Notes under the pieces: model-generated
What the model was told of the DNA's origin: nothing
Database searches by the model: none
Seen by the model: the letters and a program-made list of their open reading frames with translations, nothing else
Program-made: the position numbers and the translations under genes
Source: Clostridia bacterium
GTDB taxonomy: Bacteria; Bacillota; Clostridia; Christensenellales; DTU072
NCBI GenBank assembly: GCA_028701415.1
Contig: JAQVQU010000001.1
Coordinates: forward strand, 1,905-65,904
Direction of reading: 5' to 3'
DNA: 64,000 nt
Part shown: positions 49,799 through 58,357 of the stretch, in pieces
Layout of the letters: each line of letters starts with the position of its first letter
Position numbering within the stretch: position 1 is the first letter of the stretch

Positions 49799-50656
49799 AT
49801 GAAATATAGTTTTATACAAAATGGAATTGAGATTATAGATAAAAGTGAATTTAATCCCAAGCACATTTTAGAGTGTGGACAAGTTTTTAGATACCAAAGT
49901 GAGAGATTGGGATACAAAATTTGGGCAAAAAATTCAGTTTGTTACTTGATTTGTGAAAAAGAGCATGATATAATTAGCACAAACCACCGAGAGGAGTTTG
50001 TGCATTTTTTTGATCTAGATAGAAATTATTCTGAAATTAAAAAAAACCTATTAGAATTTCCTTTTATGAAAAATGCAATAGAACATGGTTACGGGATTAG
50101 AATATTAAATCAAGATCCTTTCGAGATGGTTTTATCCTTCATTATTTCTTCAAATAATAACATACCAAGGATTAAAGGAATTATTGAAAGATTGTGTGAA
50201 CGAAGTGGAGAAACGTCCGATTGTGGGTTACGATTTCCTTCACCAGATAAATTGAGAAATAAAAGCATTTCTTTTTTTCAAGATCTTGGTGCTGGATATA
50301 GAGCTAGGTACTTATACGATACAGTTGATGCGATTAACAATGGCTTTTCTCTAGATATTCAGGAAATGTCAACAATAAATGCAAGAAAACACCTGATGAG
50401 ATTGACTGGAGTAGGAAGAAAAGTCGCAGATTGTGTTCTATTGTTTGGATATCATAAAACCGATGTGTTCCCGACTGACACATGGATAGATAAGATATAT
50501 GTTGAATTATTTGGTGAAAATAATCTATCCCGGGAACAAAAAGCAGATTACTTATCGGATTATTATGGTGATTTAAGTGGGTATGCCCAGCAATACCTTT
50601 TTTACAAGAGGAGAAGCGGGAATAAAATAAAATTAGATTGTATTTCGGAGGATTAA
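49799..50656 (+). CDS. ogg: 8-oxoguanine DNA glycosylase / HhH-GPD family DNA glycosylase
   Basis: 285 aa. HhH-GPD motif (…LTGVGRKVADCVLLFGY…D…). Confidence 0.7.
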   Translation: MKYSFIQNGIEIIDKSEFNPKHILECGQVFRYQSERLGYKIWAKNSVCYLICEKEHDIISTNHREEFVHFFDLDRNYSEIKKNLLEFPFMKNAIEHGYGIRILNQDPFEMVLSFIISSNNNIPRIKGIIERLCERSGETSDCGLRFPSPDKLRNKSISFFQDLGAGYRARYLYDTVDAINNGFSLDIQEMSTINARKHLMRLTGVGRKVADCVLLFGYHKTDVFPTDTWIDKIYVELFGENNLSREQKADYLSDYYGDLSGYAQQYLFYKRRSGNKIKLDCISED

Positions 50657-50658
50657 TT

Positions 50659-51252
50659 ATGAACAAACCCAAAATGATTGTGCTTGCTGATATAGCTGCA
50701 TTGAAAGTATCGTGTGTTGGCTTCCAACAGATTATAAAAAACTTAGAAACAAAGTTTGATGTTGTGTCTTGTAAGTTTTATGGCTATGTTGCAAAACGTA
50801 ATCGTGACTATAATGAATACATCGCAGCCAATGGTTTTGAGACTTCTTTGCCAAGTGCTAGCAGGCGCAGAAATAAGCTTGATAGTCGCCAAGTTATAGA
50901 CAGTGCGGATGTTGCCGCTGTAGGTAAAATTGATGCTGTTGGGTTAATCGTTGGGGAAGGAGACATTCTACCCGTGGTAAATATGTTTAGTACTAAAGGA
51001 ATTGATACATATGACATAAATATTAATGAAGGAAAGTATACATATGCTTATACTGGATTTATAGCGGTGCCTATTTCATCTTTGAGAGAAGGTTATGCTG
51101 CTCCGCCAACAAGAAAATCTCAAACTTCAGCTGCTCCTAAAAAAGCTCCTAAGCCAGTTGTCCAGCCAGTTAAAAAGGCAGATAACCCATATGTTGCTGA
51201 AGCAAAGAAAATCCTGGACGCAAGTGATTTAATGAATAAATATCGTAGATAA
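50659..51252 (+). CDS. NYN/LabA-like domain protein with a Pro/Lys-rich C-terminal tail
   Basis: The ATG at 50659 follows GGAGG. NYN-like pattern (…KFYGY…, …LIVGEGDILPVVNMFSTKGIDTY…). The assignment is tentative. Confidence 0.45.
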   Translation: MNKPKMIVLADIAALKVSCVGFQQIIKNLETKFDVVSCKFYGYVAKRNRDYNEYIAANGFETSLPSASRRRNKLDSRQVIDSADVAAVGKIDAVGLIVGEGDILPVVNMFSTKGIDTYDININEGKYTYAYTGFIAVPISSLREGYAAPPTRKSQTSAAPKKAPKPVVQPVKKADNPYVAEAKKILDASDLMNKYRR

Positions 51253-51269
51253 GACAAAAAATATATTTT

Positions 51270-51301
51270 ATACAGACCTGAAAAAGGTCTGTATTTTTTT
51301 G
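51270..51301 (+). terminator. rho-independent terminator
   Basis: ATACAGACC (51270-51278), loop TGAAAAA, GGTCTGTAT (51286-51294), then T7. Confidence 0.9.
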
Positions 51302-51354
51302 CATCCAAAAGTACTTATGTTATAAAAATTAAGCAGTACTAACAGTGCTTTTGT

Positions 51355-51382
51355 TTGAAATTTTTTATGATAGTGTTATAAT
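51355..51382 (+). promoter_or_regulatory. promoter of the 2-oxoacid:ferredoxin oxidoreductase operon
   Basis: TTGAAA (51355-51360), 16-nt spacer, TATAAT (51377-51382) preceded by TGt. Confidence 0.55.
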
Positions 51383-51412
51383 TAAATGATAGATTTTTAA
51401 AGGAGATAAGAA

Positions 51413-51619
51413 TTGGCTAGAATTATTATTGATCCTGAAGTTTGTAAGGGGTGTGGAATATGCGTAAGTGTATGCCCCATAAAAATTTTAAAGATTTCAA
51501 ATATAGTGACAAACAAAGCTGGATATTTTGTTGCAGAAGTTGTAGAAGACAAATGTATAGGTTGTTGTTCTTGCGCTATTATGTGCCCTGATTCAGCGAT
51601 TTCAGTATTAAAGCAGTAG
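51413..51619 (+). CDS. 2-oxoacid:ferredoxin oxidoreductase, delta (2x[4Fe-4S] ferredoxin) subunit
   Basis: 68 aa. TTG start 7 nt after AAGGAG. Motifs CKGCGICVSVCP and CIGCCSCAIMCP. Confidence 0.85.
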   Translation: MARIIIDPEVCKGCGICVSVCPIKILKISNIVTNKAGYFVAEVVEDKCIGCCSCAIMCPDSAISVLKQ

Positions 51620-51630
51620 GAGGCAGAACG

Positions 51631-52695
51631 ATGAAACAACTAATGAAAGGGAACGAAGCTATTGCCGAAGCTGCTGTAAGAGGTGGATGTAGGGCTTTTT
51701 TTGGTTATCCAATAACTCCACAAAATGAAATTCCTGAATACATGAGTTTTAGAATGTCTGAGGTAGGAGGCGTCTTTCTACAAGCCGAGAGCGAGATTGC
51801 TGCAATAAATATGGTTTATGGGGCAGCAGGTTCTGGGGCTAGGGCGATGACATCAAGTTCAAGTCCAGGGATCAGTTTGAAACAAGAGGGAATCAGCTAT
51901 ATTTGTGGAGCTGATTTACCCTGTGTAATAGTAAATATGGTTCGAGGCGGTCCGGGACTTGGGGGAATTTTGCCTGCACAGTCAGATTATTTTCAAGCAG
52001 TTAAAGGTGGGGGCCATGGAGACTATCATATGCTTGTTTATGGCCCTAGTACGGTTCAGGAAGCAGTGAATATTATGTATGATGCTTTTGATAAAGCAGA
52101 TAAATACCGGCTCCCAGTTATGCTACTTGGGGATGGGATGCTCGGCCAAATTATGGAAGCGGTAGAACTGCCTGAGATGAAGGATGTTAATTCGTTTCCG
52201 AAAAAGAAATGGGCCACCGATGGAAGCGGAATTGGGGCTGATAGAAGGGTAATTAATTCACTTTTTATTGATCCAGATTCATTGGAGAAGCAGAACCATA
52301 GTCTATTCTCAAAATATGAGTTGTTAAAAAGAAATGAAACTCAATATGAAGAGTATATGACAGAGGATGCGGAGTATATCCTAGTTGCTTACGGGACAGT
52401 TGCAAGGGTTTGCCGTAGTGCAGTAGATATATTGAGAGAAAGAGGGATTAAAGCAGGCCTTTTTAGACCGGTTACTTTATTCCCATACCCAACGAATAGG
52501 TTATATCAAATAGCTGACAAAGAGGAACTAAAGTATTTCCTCTCAGTTGAATTATCTATGGGGCAAATGGTCGAAGATCTAAAGTTAGCCGTTAATGGGA
52601 AGAAAAAAGTAAAGTTTTTTGGAAAAGTTGGCGGAAATGTTATGAGCCCAGAAGAAATAGTAGACAATTTAGTTTCAAAAATTGAGGAGAACTGA
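51631..52695 (+). CDS. 2-oxoacid:ferredoxin oxidoreductase, alpha subunit
   Basis: 354 aa KorA/VorB-like sequence (MKQLMKGNEAIAEAAVRGG…). Confidence 0.88.
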   Translation: MKQLMKGNEAIAEAAVRGGCRAFFGYPITPQNEIPEYMSFRMSEVGGVFLQAESEIAAINMVYGAAGSGARAMTSSSSPGISLKQEGISYICGADLPCVIVNMVRGGPGLGGILPAQSDYFQAVKGGGHGDYHMLVYGPSTVQEAVNIMYDAFDKADKYRLPVMLLGDGMLGQIMEAVELPEMKDVNSFPKKKWATDGSGIGADRRVINSLFIDPDSLEKQNHSLFSKYELLKRNETQYEEYMTEDAEYILVAYGTVARVCRSAVDILRERGIKAGLFRPVTLFPYPTNRLYQIADKEELKYFLSVELSMGQMVEDLKLAVNGKKKVKFFGKVGGNVMSPEEIVDNLVSKIEEN

Positions 52696-53441
52696 TGGAA
52701 ATTTTATATAAGAAATCTAGAATGCTTACAGATACTCCTTTGAGTTATTGTCCTGGATGTACCCATGGAATAGTACACAAGCTTCTGGCTGAAACCCTCG
52801 AAGAAATAGGCGCAGAAGGAAATGTAATAGGTATTGCACCTGTAGGATGCTCAGTATTTGCATATAAGTTTTTTAACTGCGATATGCAACAGGTTGCACA
52901 TGGAAGAGCCCCGGCTTGTGCTACAGGGATAAAGAGGTGTAATCCAGATAAAATAGTGTTTGCTTATCAAGGAGATGGAGATATCGCAAGCATAGGAATT
53001 GCAGAAATCATTCATGCCGCTGCTCGGGGGGAGAATATTACAGTAATTTTTATTAATAATGCCATTTATGGAATGACAGGAGGACAGATGGCCCCCACCA
53101 CTTTGGTTGGTCAAAAAACCACCACCACCCCTTATGGCAGGGTTGTGGGGATAAATGGTAATCCTATTAGATTATGCGAGATGATTGCAACTTTGGATGG
53201 CCCTTGCTTTGTTTCTAGGGTTTCAGTTTCAGACCCAGTCAATGTTAGAAAAGCAAAGAAGGCAATAAAAAAAGGTTTTGAAAATCAGATTAATAAGAAA
53301 GGATTTTCTTTGATAGAAGTACTATCAACTTGTCCAACTAACTGGCATATGAATCCAGTACAGTCGCTAGACTATGTAAAAAATGAAATGACAAAAATTT
53401 TCCCTTTAGGTGTATTCAAAGACTGTCAGGAGGGTAATTAA
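52695..53441 (+). CDS. 2-oxoacid:ferredoxin oxidoreductase, beta (TPP-binding) subunit
   Basis: 248 aa. TPP motif region (…GDGD…NNAIYGMTGGQ…). Start overlaps the alpha-subunit stop. Confidence 0.88.
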   Translation: MEILYKKSRMLTDTPLSYCPGCTHGIVHKLLAETLEEIGAEGNVIGIAPVGCSVFAYKFFNCDMQQVAHGRAPACATGIKRCNPDKIVFAYQGDGDIASIGIAEIIHAAARGENITVIFINNAIYGMTGGQMAPTTLVGQKTTTTPYGRVVGINGNPIRLCEMIATLDGPCFVSRVSVSDPVNVRKAKKAIKKGFENQINKKGFSLIEVLSTCPTNWHMNPVQSLDYVKNEMTKIFPLGVFKDCQEGN

Positions 53442-53980
53442 TGGAACAAAAGATCATTATTGCAGGTTTTGGCGGACAAGGTGTTTTGAGCCTAGGGCAA
53501 TTAATAGCATATGCTTCCATTGAGGAGCACAAAGAGGTAACCTGGCTTCCCTGTTACGGCCCTGAGATGAGGGGAGGAACGAGCAATTGTAGTATCGTTA
53601 TAAGCGATAAAATAATTGCCAGCCCCATTGTTGACTGGGCAGATTGCGTGATAGTGATGAATAGACCGAGCCTTGAAAAGTTTTCTCCCAAAGTTAAAGC
53701 TGGGGGAATATTAATTATTAATAGTTCACTTATTCCAGACTCTTACGAGAAGGCAAATCTCTGTGTTATTAAAATAAAAGCTAATGAATTTGCTGAGGAA
53801 ACAGGAAGTGTGAAAAATGCAAACCTAGTTTTGTTAGGAGCTTATGTCGGCAAAAGTGGTATTTTTTCCTTGGAAACGATTTCAACAGTAATTAATGAAA
53901 AGTTTAGCGGGAAACCAAAATTGATTCCTGGAATTAAGGAAGCTTTCAGAATTGGATATGAGATTGGGCAAAAATACTGA
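53441..53980 (+). CDS. 2-oxoacid:ferredoxin oxidoreductase, gamma subunit
   Basis: 179 aa (…IIIAGFGGQGVLSLG…). Start overlaps the beta-subunit stop. Confidence 0.88.
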   Translation: MEQKIIIAGFGGQGVLSLGQLIAYASIEEHKEVTWLPCYGPEMRGGTSNCSIVISDKIIASPIVDWADCVIVMNRPSLEKFSPKVKAGGILIINSSLIPDSYEKANLCVIKIKANEFAEETGSVKNANLVLLGAYVGKSGIFSLETISTVINEKFSGKPKLIPGIKEAFRIGYEIGQKY

Positions 53981-54056
53981 AAATATTGACATGTATTATT
54001 TATGTTTCATTATAGTCTCTAGCTTCCTATAAGAAAGCTAATTATAAGAGGATATT

Positions 54057-55544
54057 ATGAGGAAATCCGGAGTTTTATTACCTATAACTGCGCAAATGGG
54101 TGAGTTTGGCATAGGTGATATGGGGCAAAACTCTCGCTTTTTTTTAGATTTCATAAAACAAATGGGTTTTTCTGTTTGGCAAGTTCTTCCGGTTACGGCT
54201 ATTGGCAACGGTAATTCTCCTTACAGTGGCTTTTCCGCTTTTGCTGGGAACCCTCTACTAATTGATCTATATTCTCTTGACAATCTTTTATCCTTTGAGG
54301 AAATAGCAACTGCAAAAATAGACTCTCCCTATAAGGTTGAATACAATAAAGCTAAGGAAAATAAAACAAGGCTTCTAAGGTTAGCTTTTTCTCGATGTAA
54401 CGAAGAATACAAGAAAAATATAAACACTTTTGTTGCAGAGAATTCCTATTGGGTGGTTGATTATGCTCTCTATTCAGCGATTAAAGAGAATACTGGAAAG
54501 GAATGGTATGAATGGGAATATTCAATTAAACTAAGGGACAAAAAAGCAATAGATAATATAAGAAATCAATTTAAAGAGAGTATACAATACTATTATTTTG
54601 AACAGTATGTATTTTTCTCACAATGGTTAAGTTTGAAAAATTACGCAAATTCAATAGGTGTAAAAATATTAGGAGATATGCCAATATATATTTCTTATGA
54701 TTCTGTTGATCTTTGGATAAATAATATAGATTTTTTGTTAGATGAAAATCTCAAACCTACATTTAAAGCGGGGGTCCCCCCCGATTATTTTTCAAAAGAA
54801 GGACAGTTTTGGGGGAATCCTTTATATGATTATAAAAAAATGAAAAATAATGGCTTTAAATGGTTAAAATCAAGAATTGAGCACAATTTATTCCTTTATG
54901 ATATTTTAAGGATAGATCATTTTAGAGGACTATATGAATATTGGGCTGTTTCCCCTAACGCCACCTCTGCTAAAGAAGGAAAATGGGAGAAAGGGCCCGG
55001 TCTAGCTCTTTGGGATAATATTGGGCTAGAATCTATTAAAGATAGGATTGTAGCAGAAGATCTTGGAATAATAGATGATCATGTTTGCCAATTTAGAAAA
55101 AAATTAGGATTTCCGGGAATGAGAGTGGTACAGTTTGGCTTTGATGGGGATAAACATAACCTGCACCTTCCACATAATTTTGAAAGCAATACTTATGCTT
55201 ATACTTCAACCCATGATAATCCCCCAACTTTAGGCTGGCTTTATAGTCTTTCTGCTGAAGATAGATCTCGTGTTTTGGATTATTTTGGCTTTTATGATAA
55301 TGACTGGGGCTCAGGTGGTAGACAAGCTCGTAGCACTAAGCAAATATCCAGGGTTTTATTCTCTTCTGTAGCGGATAATGTAATTATTCCGATGCAAGAC
55401 TTGTGTTCATATGGGTCTGACACGAGAATTAATGTTCCAGGTGAACCTTTTGGAAATTGGGAATTTAGATGTACTCTTTCATCGTATGAGGATATAGATG
55501 TCGGATTTTTTATGCATATGAACAACATATACGGAAGGAGTTAA
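54057..55544 (+). CDS. malQ: 4-alpha-glucanotransferase (amylomaltase)
   Basis: 495 aa GH77 sequence (…RKSGVLLPI…, …LRIDHFRG…, …GTHDN-type STHDNPP…). Confidence 0.9.
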   Translation: MRKSGVLLPITAQMGEFGIGDMGQNSRFFLDFIKQMGFSVWQVLPVTAIGNGNSPYSGFSAFAGNPLLIDLYSLDNLLSFEEIATAKIDSPYKVEYNKAKENKTRLLRLAFSRCNEEYKKNINTFVAENSYWVVDYALYSAIKENTGKEWYEWEYSIKLRDKKAIDNIRNQFKESIQYYYFEQYVFFSQWLSLKNYANSIGVKILGDMPIYISYDSVDLWINNIDFLLDENLKPTFKAGVPPDYFSKEGQFWGNPLYDYKKMKNNGFKWLKSRIEHNLFLYDILRIDHFRGLYEYWAVSPNATSAKEGKWEKGPGLALWDNIGLESIKDRIVAEDLGIIDDHVCQFRKKLGFPGMRVVQFGFDGDKHNLHLPHNFESNTYAYTSTHDNPPTLGWLYSLSAEDRSRVLDYFGFYDNDWGSGGRQARSTKQISRVLFSSVADNVIIPMQDLCSYGSDTRINVPGEPFGNWEFRCTLSSYEDIDVGFFMHMNNIYGRS

Positions 55545-55545
55545 A

Positions 55546-56025
55546 ATGGCATTAATTTTATTAAAGATTAATCCTTTTAGCACTGATGAACTGATAGCAG
55601 ATGCTTTTTCTTTGTATAATAAGCTTTTTAACCCCGAATATATTTTTAGCTCTTCAGTAAATATTTTTAGAAAAGATGGAAAACCGAGTGTAGAAGGGTT
55701 TCAAGGATATATAAGTGTCTCTCATTCAGATAACATATATGCCTGTATAATAGACAATAATCCAGTGGGAATTGATGTGGAAAAACACAGAGATCTTGAC
55801 TTTTCAAAAATTTCTAAAAGATTTTTTGGACAAATCATAAACAATAAATTAGATTTTTATGAACATTGGTGTAAAGCTGAGTCTATAGCAAAAAGTAGAA
55901 ATACACCTCTTATTAACGCTTTGAAAATGGATCTAGAGAGAGAAGCTAAAGTTATGGATATTTTTGAAAATATGACAATGTGTTATTATAGTTGTTCAAC
56001 TACTATATTATATTTTCAACAATAA
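55546..56025 (+). CDS. 4'-phosphopantetheinyl transferase superfamily protein (short form)
   Basis: 159 aa. PPTase motifs (…GKPSV…ISVSHSD…, …VGIDVEK…, …WCKAESIAK…). Confidence 0.7.
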   Translation: MALILLKINPFSTDELIADAFSLYNKLFNPEYIFSSSVNIFRKDGKPSVEGFQGYISVSHSDNIYACIIDNNPVGIDVEKHRDLDFSKISKRFFGQIINNKLDFYEHWCKAESIAKSRNTPLINALKMDLEREAKVMDIFENMTMCYYSCSTTILYFQQ

Positions 56026-56047
56026 CAGTCACGATATACTCTTAAAA

Positions 56048-56076
56048 TTGACTTTTTTCCAAGTGATATGTATAAT
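56048..56076 (+). promoter_or_regulatory. promoter of the lipase-like lipoprotein gene
   Basis: TTGACT (56048-56053), 17-nt spacer, TATAAT (56071-56076). Confidence 0.55.
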
Positions 56077-56108
56077 TGAGAACATATTTGGTTATTACGT
56101 GTGGTGAA

Positions 56109-57881
56109 ATGCGCAAGTTATTATTTATTATTTTATTTTTTATTTTTTTATTTTCAACTGCATTTTTTTCTGGATGTAAACCCACTGATGAAGCAGAGAC
56201 TTTTGATTTAGACATAGATTTGGCCTCTATTCAAAAACCTGTTGATCTTCCTGAGTATTCTTTGGAGATAGAATGGTTTGATTCTAATGGAGACACGACC
56301 TCTTTTGTGAGAAATAAGCCAGTTATGATCCTTTTTAATGGGTATTCTGAATTTAGTCGAAAAGAAAGTTTAACCCTTCCTGAAGATATTTATGGTCCAT
56401 CTAGCCCTGTTGTTAGTAGTGGTATCTCAGCAAATTTAAAAAGAGATTTAAGTTATTATTGGAGAAAACTAGTCCCTCAGTTTAATGTAGGGGTTTTTCA
56501 TTATGAAAATTTTGCGGACGATGCTACAAACATACTGAATTCAAAAATTTACCAGTCCTCGGCATGTTCGTACAAAACTGATGGAGATGTTATTTCTTCC
56601 GTAGAATTTAACTTAACTGAGGCGTTTTTCTCTGCCTGGAAAAAAGTAATCGATCAAAATTTACTTACAGGTAGTGATGGTATGAGCATATTAGAGGTAA
56701 GATTTATCGGAAACTCTGTTGGCGCAAATTTAGCGATTTCTTGTGCTGACTACATTTTTGCCGCATATGAGCAAAATCTAATACCTTCATTTTATGTTCC
56801 TAATAGACTTACCTTGACAAATCCTTGGTTTTCAAATGATGTGGATTCTTTAACTACCGTGGATTTTCGAAAAGATGTAAGTATAAATTCTGCTTTAAAG
56901 TATAATGAGCAAAGAATCCGTGAGCTAGCTCAAAAAGGGGTTGTATTTGAGATAATTGAGGGAGACCCCTACTTTTATAGTAGTTATTCAAATAAATATG
57001 ATGGATGTACTGAATTGATTTTTGGGGAGAATACTAAACTTGTTTGGGAAGATGGGGAAGACACAGATTTATATGATTCAATAAAGAGCAATAGTGCGTA
57101 CTTGACTTTTACGGAAACTTTTAGTACACAGTATTCAGATTCATACAAAAAATATGACAGAGCGATTTTAGATTGGTATCTATATTCAGCCGGGGGAAGC
57201 GATAGTAGCAGTATTACGACCCTTAGAGCAGGGTTTAAACCCGTTTATGATTCTTGGGGGCATCCTTCGGTAACGCACAATAGTTACACTGAAAGCACTA
57301 CAAATGGATATTCAATGAAATATGGAATTAGTGCCTGGACTCCAACCACATATATAAGAGCTGTAAGGGGAGTAGAATACACTATGAAAATTTACAATTC
57401 CGCAGGTTCAACTGATAATGTAATGACAAAATTTCAGTCTGAAGCTAGACAGATGTCAAATATGACTATGGTAAATGGGTTTTTTATATGTGGGTATATA
57501 TATCAATCGGATATTTCTGGTTCATTTGTTGATCTTCGTCCTGGCAAGGGACTTTCCAGCTATACTTTTGGTATAGTAGCAACTCCCGACGAAGAGTATT
57601 CGACAACCGAACAGATATTTACAGTTAAGACAGAGGAAGATGGATTCTATAAGTGTATGCTCAATGAAGATCTATATGCCTGCAACATCAGGATTAATTT
57701 GGTTGCGCCTTCCCCAACTCATCAATTCTATCCTGAAGAAGAGATAAAAACTGGAAACGTATGGGAACTTTCGGATGTAAACTCAATAGGAAGAGATGGT
57801 ATTTCAGCGACTATGTATGGAACTGAAAATAGTAATTTTTATATAATGATTAGAAATTGTGGGTTTTTTATACAAGAATAA
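56109..57881 (+). CDS. putative lipoprotein with a lipase/esterase-like N-terminal domain
   Basis: ATG at 56109 (MRKLLFIILFFIFLFSTAFFSGC, lipobox-like FSGC). GNSVG fits the GxSxG nucleophile elbow. The C-terminal ~200 aa has no motif I recognise. Confidence 0.55.
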   Translation: MRKLLFIILFFIFLFSTAFFSGCKPTDEAETFDLDIDLASIQKPVDLPEYSLEIEWFDSNGDTTSFVRNKPVMILFNGYSEFSRKESLTLPEDIYGPSSPVVSSGISANLKRDLSYYWRKLVPQFNVGVFHYENFADDATNILNSKIYQSSACSYKTDGDVISSVEFNLTEAFFSAWKKVIDQNLLTGSDGMSILEVRFIGNSVGANLAISCADYIFAAYEQNLIPSFYVPNRLTLTNPWFSNDVDSLTTVDFRKDVSINSALKYNEQRIRELAQKGVVFEIIEGDPYFYSSYSNKYDGCTELIFGENTKLVWEDGEDTDLYDSIKSNSAYLTFTETFSTQYSDSYKKYDRAILDWYLYSAGGSDSSSITTLRAGFKPVYDSWGHPSVTHNSYTESTTNGYSMKYGISAWTPTTYIRAVRGVEYTMKIYNSAGSTDNVMTKFQSEARQMSNMTMVNGFFICGYIYQSDISGSFVDLRPGKGLSSYTFGIVATPDEEYSTTEQIFTVKTEEDGFYKCMLNEDLYACNIRINLVAPSPTHQFYPEEEIKTGNVWELSDVNSIGRDGISATMYGTENSNFYIMIRNCGFFIQE

Positions 57882-58006
57882 TCATTATTTCTTTTGAATT
57901 CAATTATCATTTAATTGATTAATTAGTTGATATAATAAATCTTTTGGATTCTATCATTTTTAATAATCAAGACCTATTTACTATATTTTTAGTTTTTTTA
58001 GAGATA

Positions 58007-58035
58007 TTGAAACCTCCCATTTTAATTGTTATAAT
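58007..58035 (+). promoter_or_regulatory. near-consensus sigma-A promoter of the structured RNA locus
   Basis: TTGAAA (58007-58012), 17-nt spacer, TATAAT (58030-58035) preceded by TGt (extended -10). Confidence 0.7.
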
Positions 58036-58041
58036 AATGAT

Positions 58042-58263
58042 GGTCTAGGAAACGTTGGGTTAAGCTGAATTGAAACCCCAATTAATACACAGGGCATACG
58101 AAGTCCTTCCTTTCAGTTATGTCAAGCCTCCCGAGGGTACTCGATGTCAGGGGAAGACAGAGTGTATGGAATAGTTAGCCCACCTGCTTCGTGCGGGTTT
58201 GCGTATTGCTTGATTTGACGAGTCTTAGCTAGGAGCATATTGGAAAATATGCTCCTTCTTTTT
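58042..58263 (+). ncRNA. unclassified GC-rich structured RNA (~220 nt): a stand-alone sRNA or a terminator-type riboswitch leader
   Basis: Bounded by the promoter above and an intrinsic terminator. 47% G+C (90/190 nt, 58041-58230) against 16% in 57901-58000. Multiple nested complementary segments (see findings). No SD-led ORF. Confidence 0.6.
58231..58263 (+). terminator. rho-independent terminator ending the structured RNA
   Basis: AGGAGCATAT (58231-58240), loop TGGAAA, ATATGCTCCT (58247-58256), then TCTTTTT. Confidence 0.85.
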
Positions 58264-58357
58264 ATACAGTCCCCTTTTTTATTTGATATAATTCTTACAA
58301 TAATGTAAACTAACTATGGAAAAAATACAAATTTTTAATAATTCAAGGAGGATTACA

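Noticed and set aside
58085-58160. Partial resemblance of the structured RNA core to the c-di-GMP-II riboswitch. ACACAGGGCAUAC resembles the conserved GCACAGGGCAAAC, and CAAGCCUCC resembles CAAAGCCUCC.
   Set aside because: - The other highly conserved blocks I remember (ACGCAAAGC exactly; 3' GGUAGGUAGCGGGGUUACC) are not matched. This RNA has UAUGUCAAGCC and GUCAGGGGAAGAC instead.
- The P3 hairpin here is only CGAG-GGUA-CUCG.
- The downstream genes are not typical c-di-GMP targets.
- I keep it only as something a covariance-model scan should test.
58042-58263. Checked the structured RNA by eye for T-box, cobalamin, SAM-I, TPP, FMN, M-box, ydaO, 6S, SRP and RNase P hallmarks.
   Set aside because: - There is no T-box 14-mer (…GGUGGUACCGCG) and no B12 box (GCCACUG).
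- There is no SRP domain-IV motif and no RNase P GAGGAAAGUCC.
- The 5' and 3' ends are not complementary, as 6S would require.
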